Assembly (NCBI GenBank): GCA_018900835.1 | Contig: JAHIFQ010000004.1 | Coordinates: 1-64,000, forward strand | Source of the DNA: Patescibacteria group bacterium | GTDB taxonomy: Bacteria; Patescibacteriota; Minisyncoccia; Minisyncoccales; PEYH01 | Length of the DNA stretch: 64,000 nucleotides | Reading direction: 5' to 3' | In this document: positions 63,775 to 64,000 of the stretch, in pieces | Layout of the letters: each line of letters begins with the position of its first letter | How positions within the stretch are numbered: the first letter of the stretch is position 1 | Position numbers and translations under genes: made by a program | Notes under the pieces: generated by a model | Databases searched by the model: none | What the model was told of the DNA's origin: nothing | The model's input: only the letters and a program-made list of their open reading frames with translations

Positions 63775-64000
63775 AATACGCTTTATTTACAATGAGTTTG
63801 CAACGAGACCCGGCCTCGTTGCGAGTTTGGAAACCAGGTTTCCAAGATGAGGCTTCCAAAATGATAGATACAAAGAATCGCTTTTTGAGCGTATATGTCT
63901 AAGAGGTTTATTGAATGACTAGAATAGATTAATAACCCAGCCCCAAATCTTCAAAATATTAAAATCAGGTCAAAACCGTGAAAAACTATCAAAAATCGTA

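Noticed and set aside
1-64000. CRISPR arrays, rRNA genes, IS elements/transposases, phage structural genes
   Set aside because: No spacer-repeat periodicity, no rRNA-like conserved stretches, and no DDE/HUH/Tyr/Ser recombinase motifs were found on either strand. The repeats present are short hairpins, heptamer microsatellites and duplicated gene 5' ends.

Overview
This is an AT-rich, gene-dense bacterial chromosome segment with short intergenic regions. Gene content and repertoire look like a reduced Patescibacteria/CPR-type genome, but that is an inference from the genes present, not a database result. Standard genetic code 11 is supported, because TGA is used as a stop codon (for example at the rpsO stop, 3434-3436). 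The window spans the replication-origin neighbourhood: rpmH-rnpA-yidC-jag on the minus strand, then dnaA-dnaN-DUF721 on the plus strand. It also carries rpsO-NYN-pnp, comM/yifB, rsmA, ruvC-yebC-ruvB, a type IV pilus ATPase (pilB), tsaE, a 5'-3' exonuclease, a PAS histidine kinase with two CheY-like regulators, rpsT, ruvA, a Mur ligase, rtcB, an Elp3 homologue, typA, tRNA-Lys(CTT) and tRNA-Arg(CCG). Three kinds of feature stand out. First, a conjugation/T4SS-like block lies at about 16.9-30.3 kb. It comprises a VirB6/TrbL-like membrane protein, a VirB4-family ATPase, and two paralogous giant Cys-rich surface proteins that share a pilin-like N-terminal module. The VirB4 gene is interrupted by a ~600-aa intein carrying a LAGLIDADG endonuclease, and is preceded in-frame by a VirB4 N-terminal ORF that ends in an amber codon. 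Second, three separate loci share one architecture: a displaced 5' gene fragment sits upstream, cargo follows, and an intact gene lies downstream. These are comM (3 tandem 5' copies, with DUF3800, HigBA-like and secreted-protein cargo), ruvA (a 100% identical 128-bp duplication around a 1.8-kb insert with a GC-rich RNA-like segment), and tRNA-Lys (a displaced 5' half, then tandem HTH/LAGLIDADG-like genes). Third, there are smaller signals: heptanucleotide tandem repeats inside rsmA and a Mur ligase and just upstream of rpsT, a strongly promoted structured ~170-nt RNA upstream of rpsO, a frameshifted giant coiled-coil/amidase gene, and two nucleotidyltransferase-based TA-like pairs (HEPN/MNT and AbiEii-like). 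No CRISPR array, rRNA, transposase or integrase was recognised.
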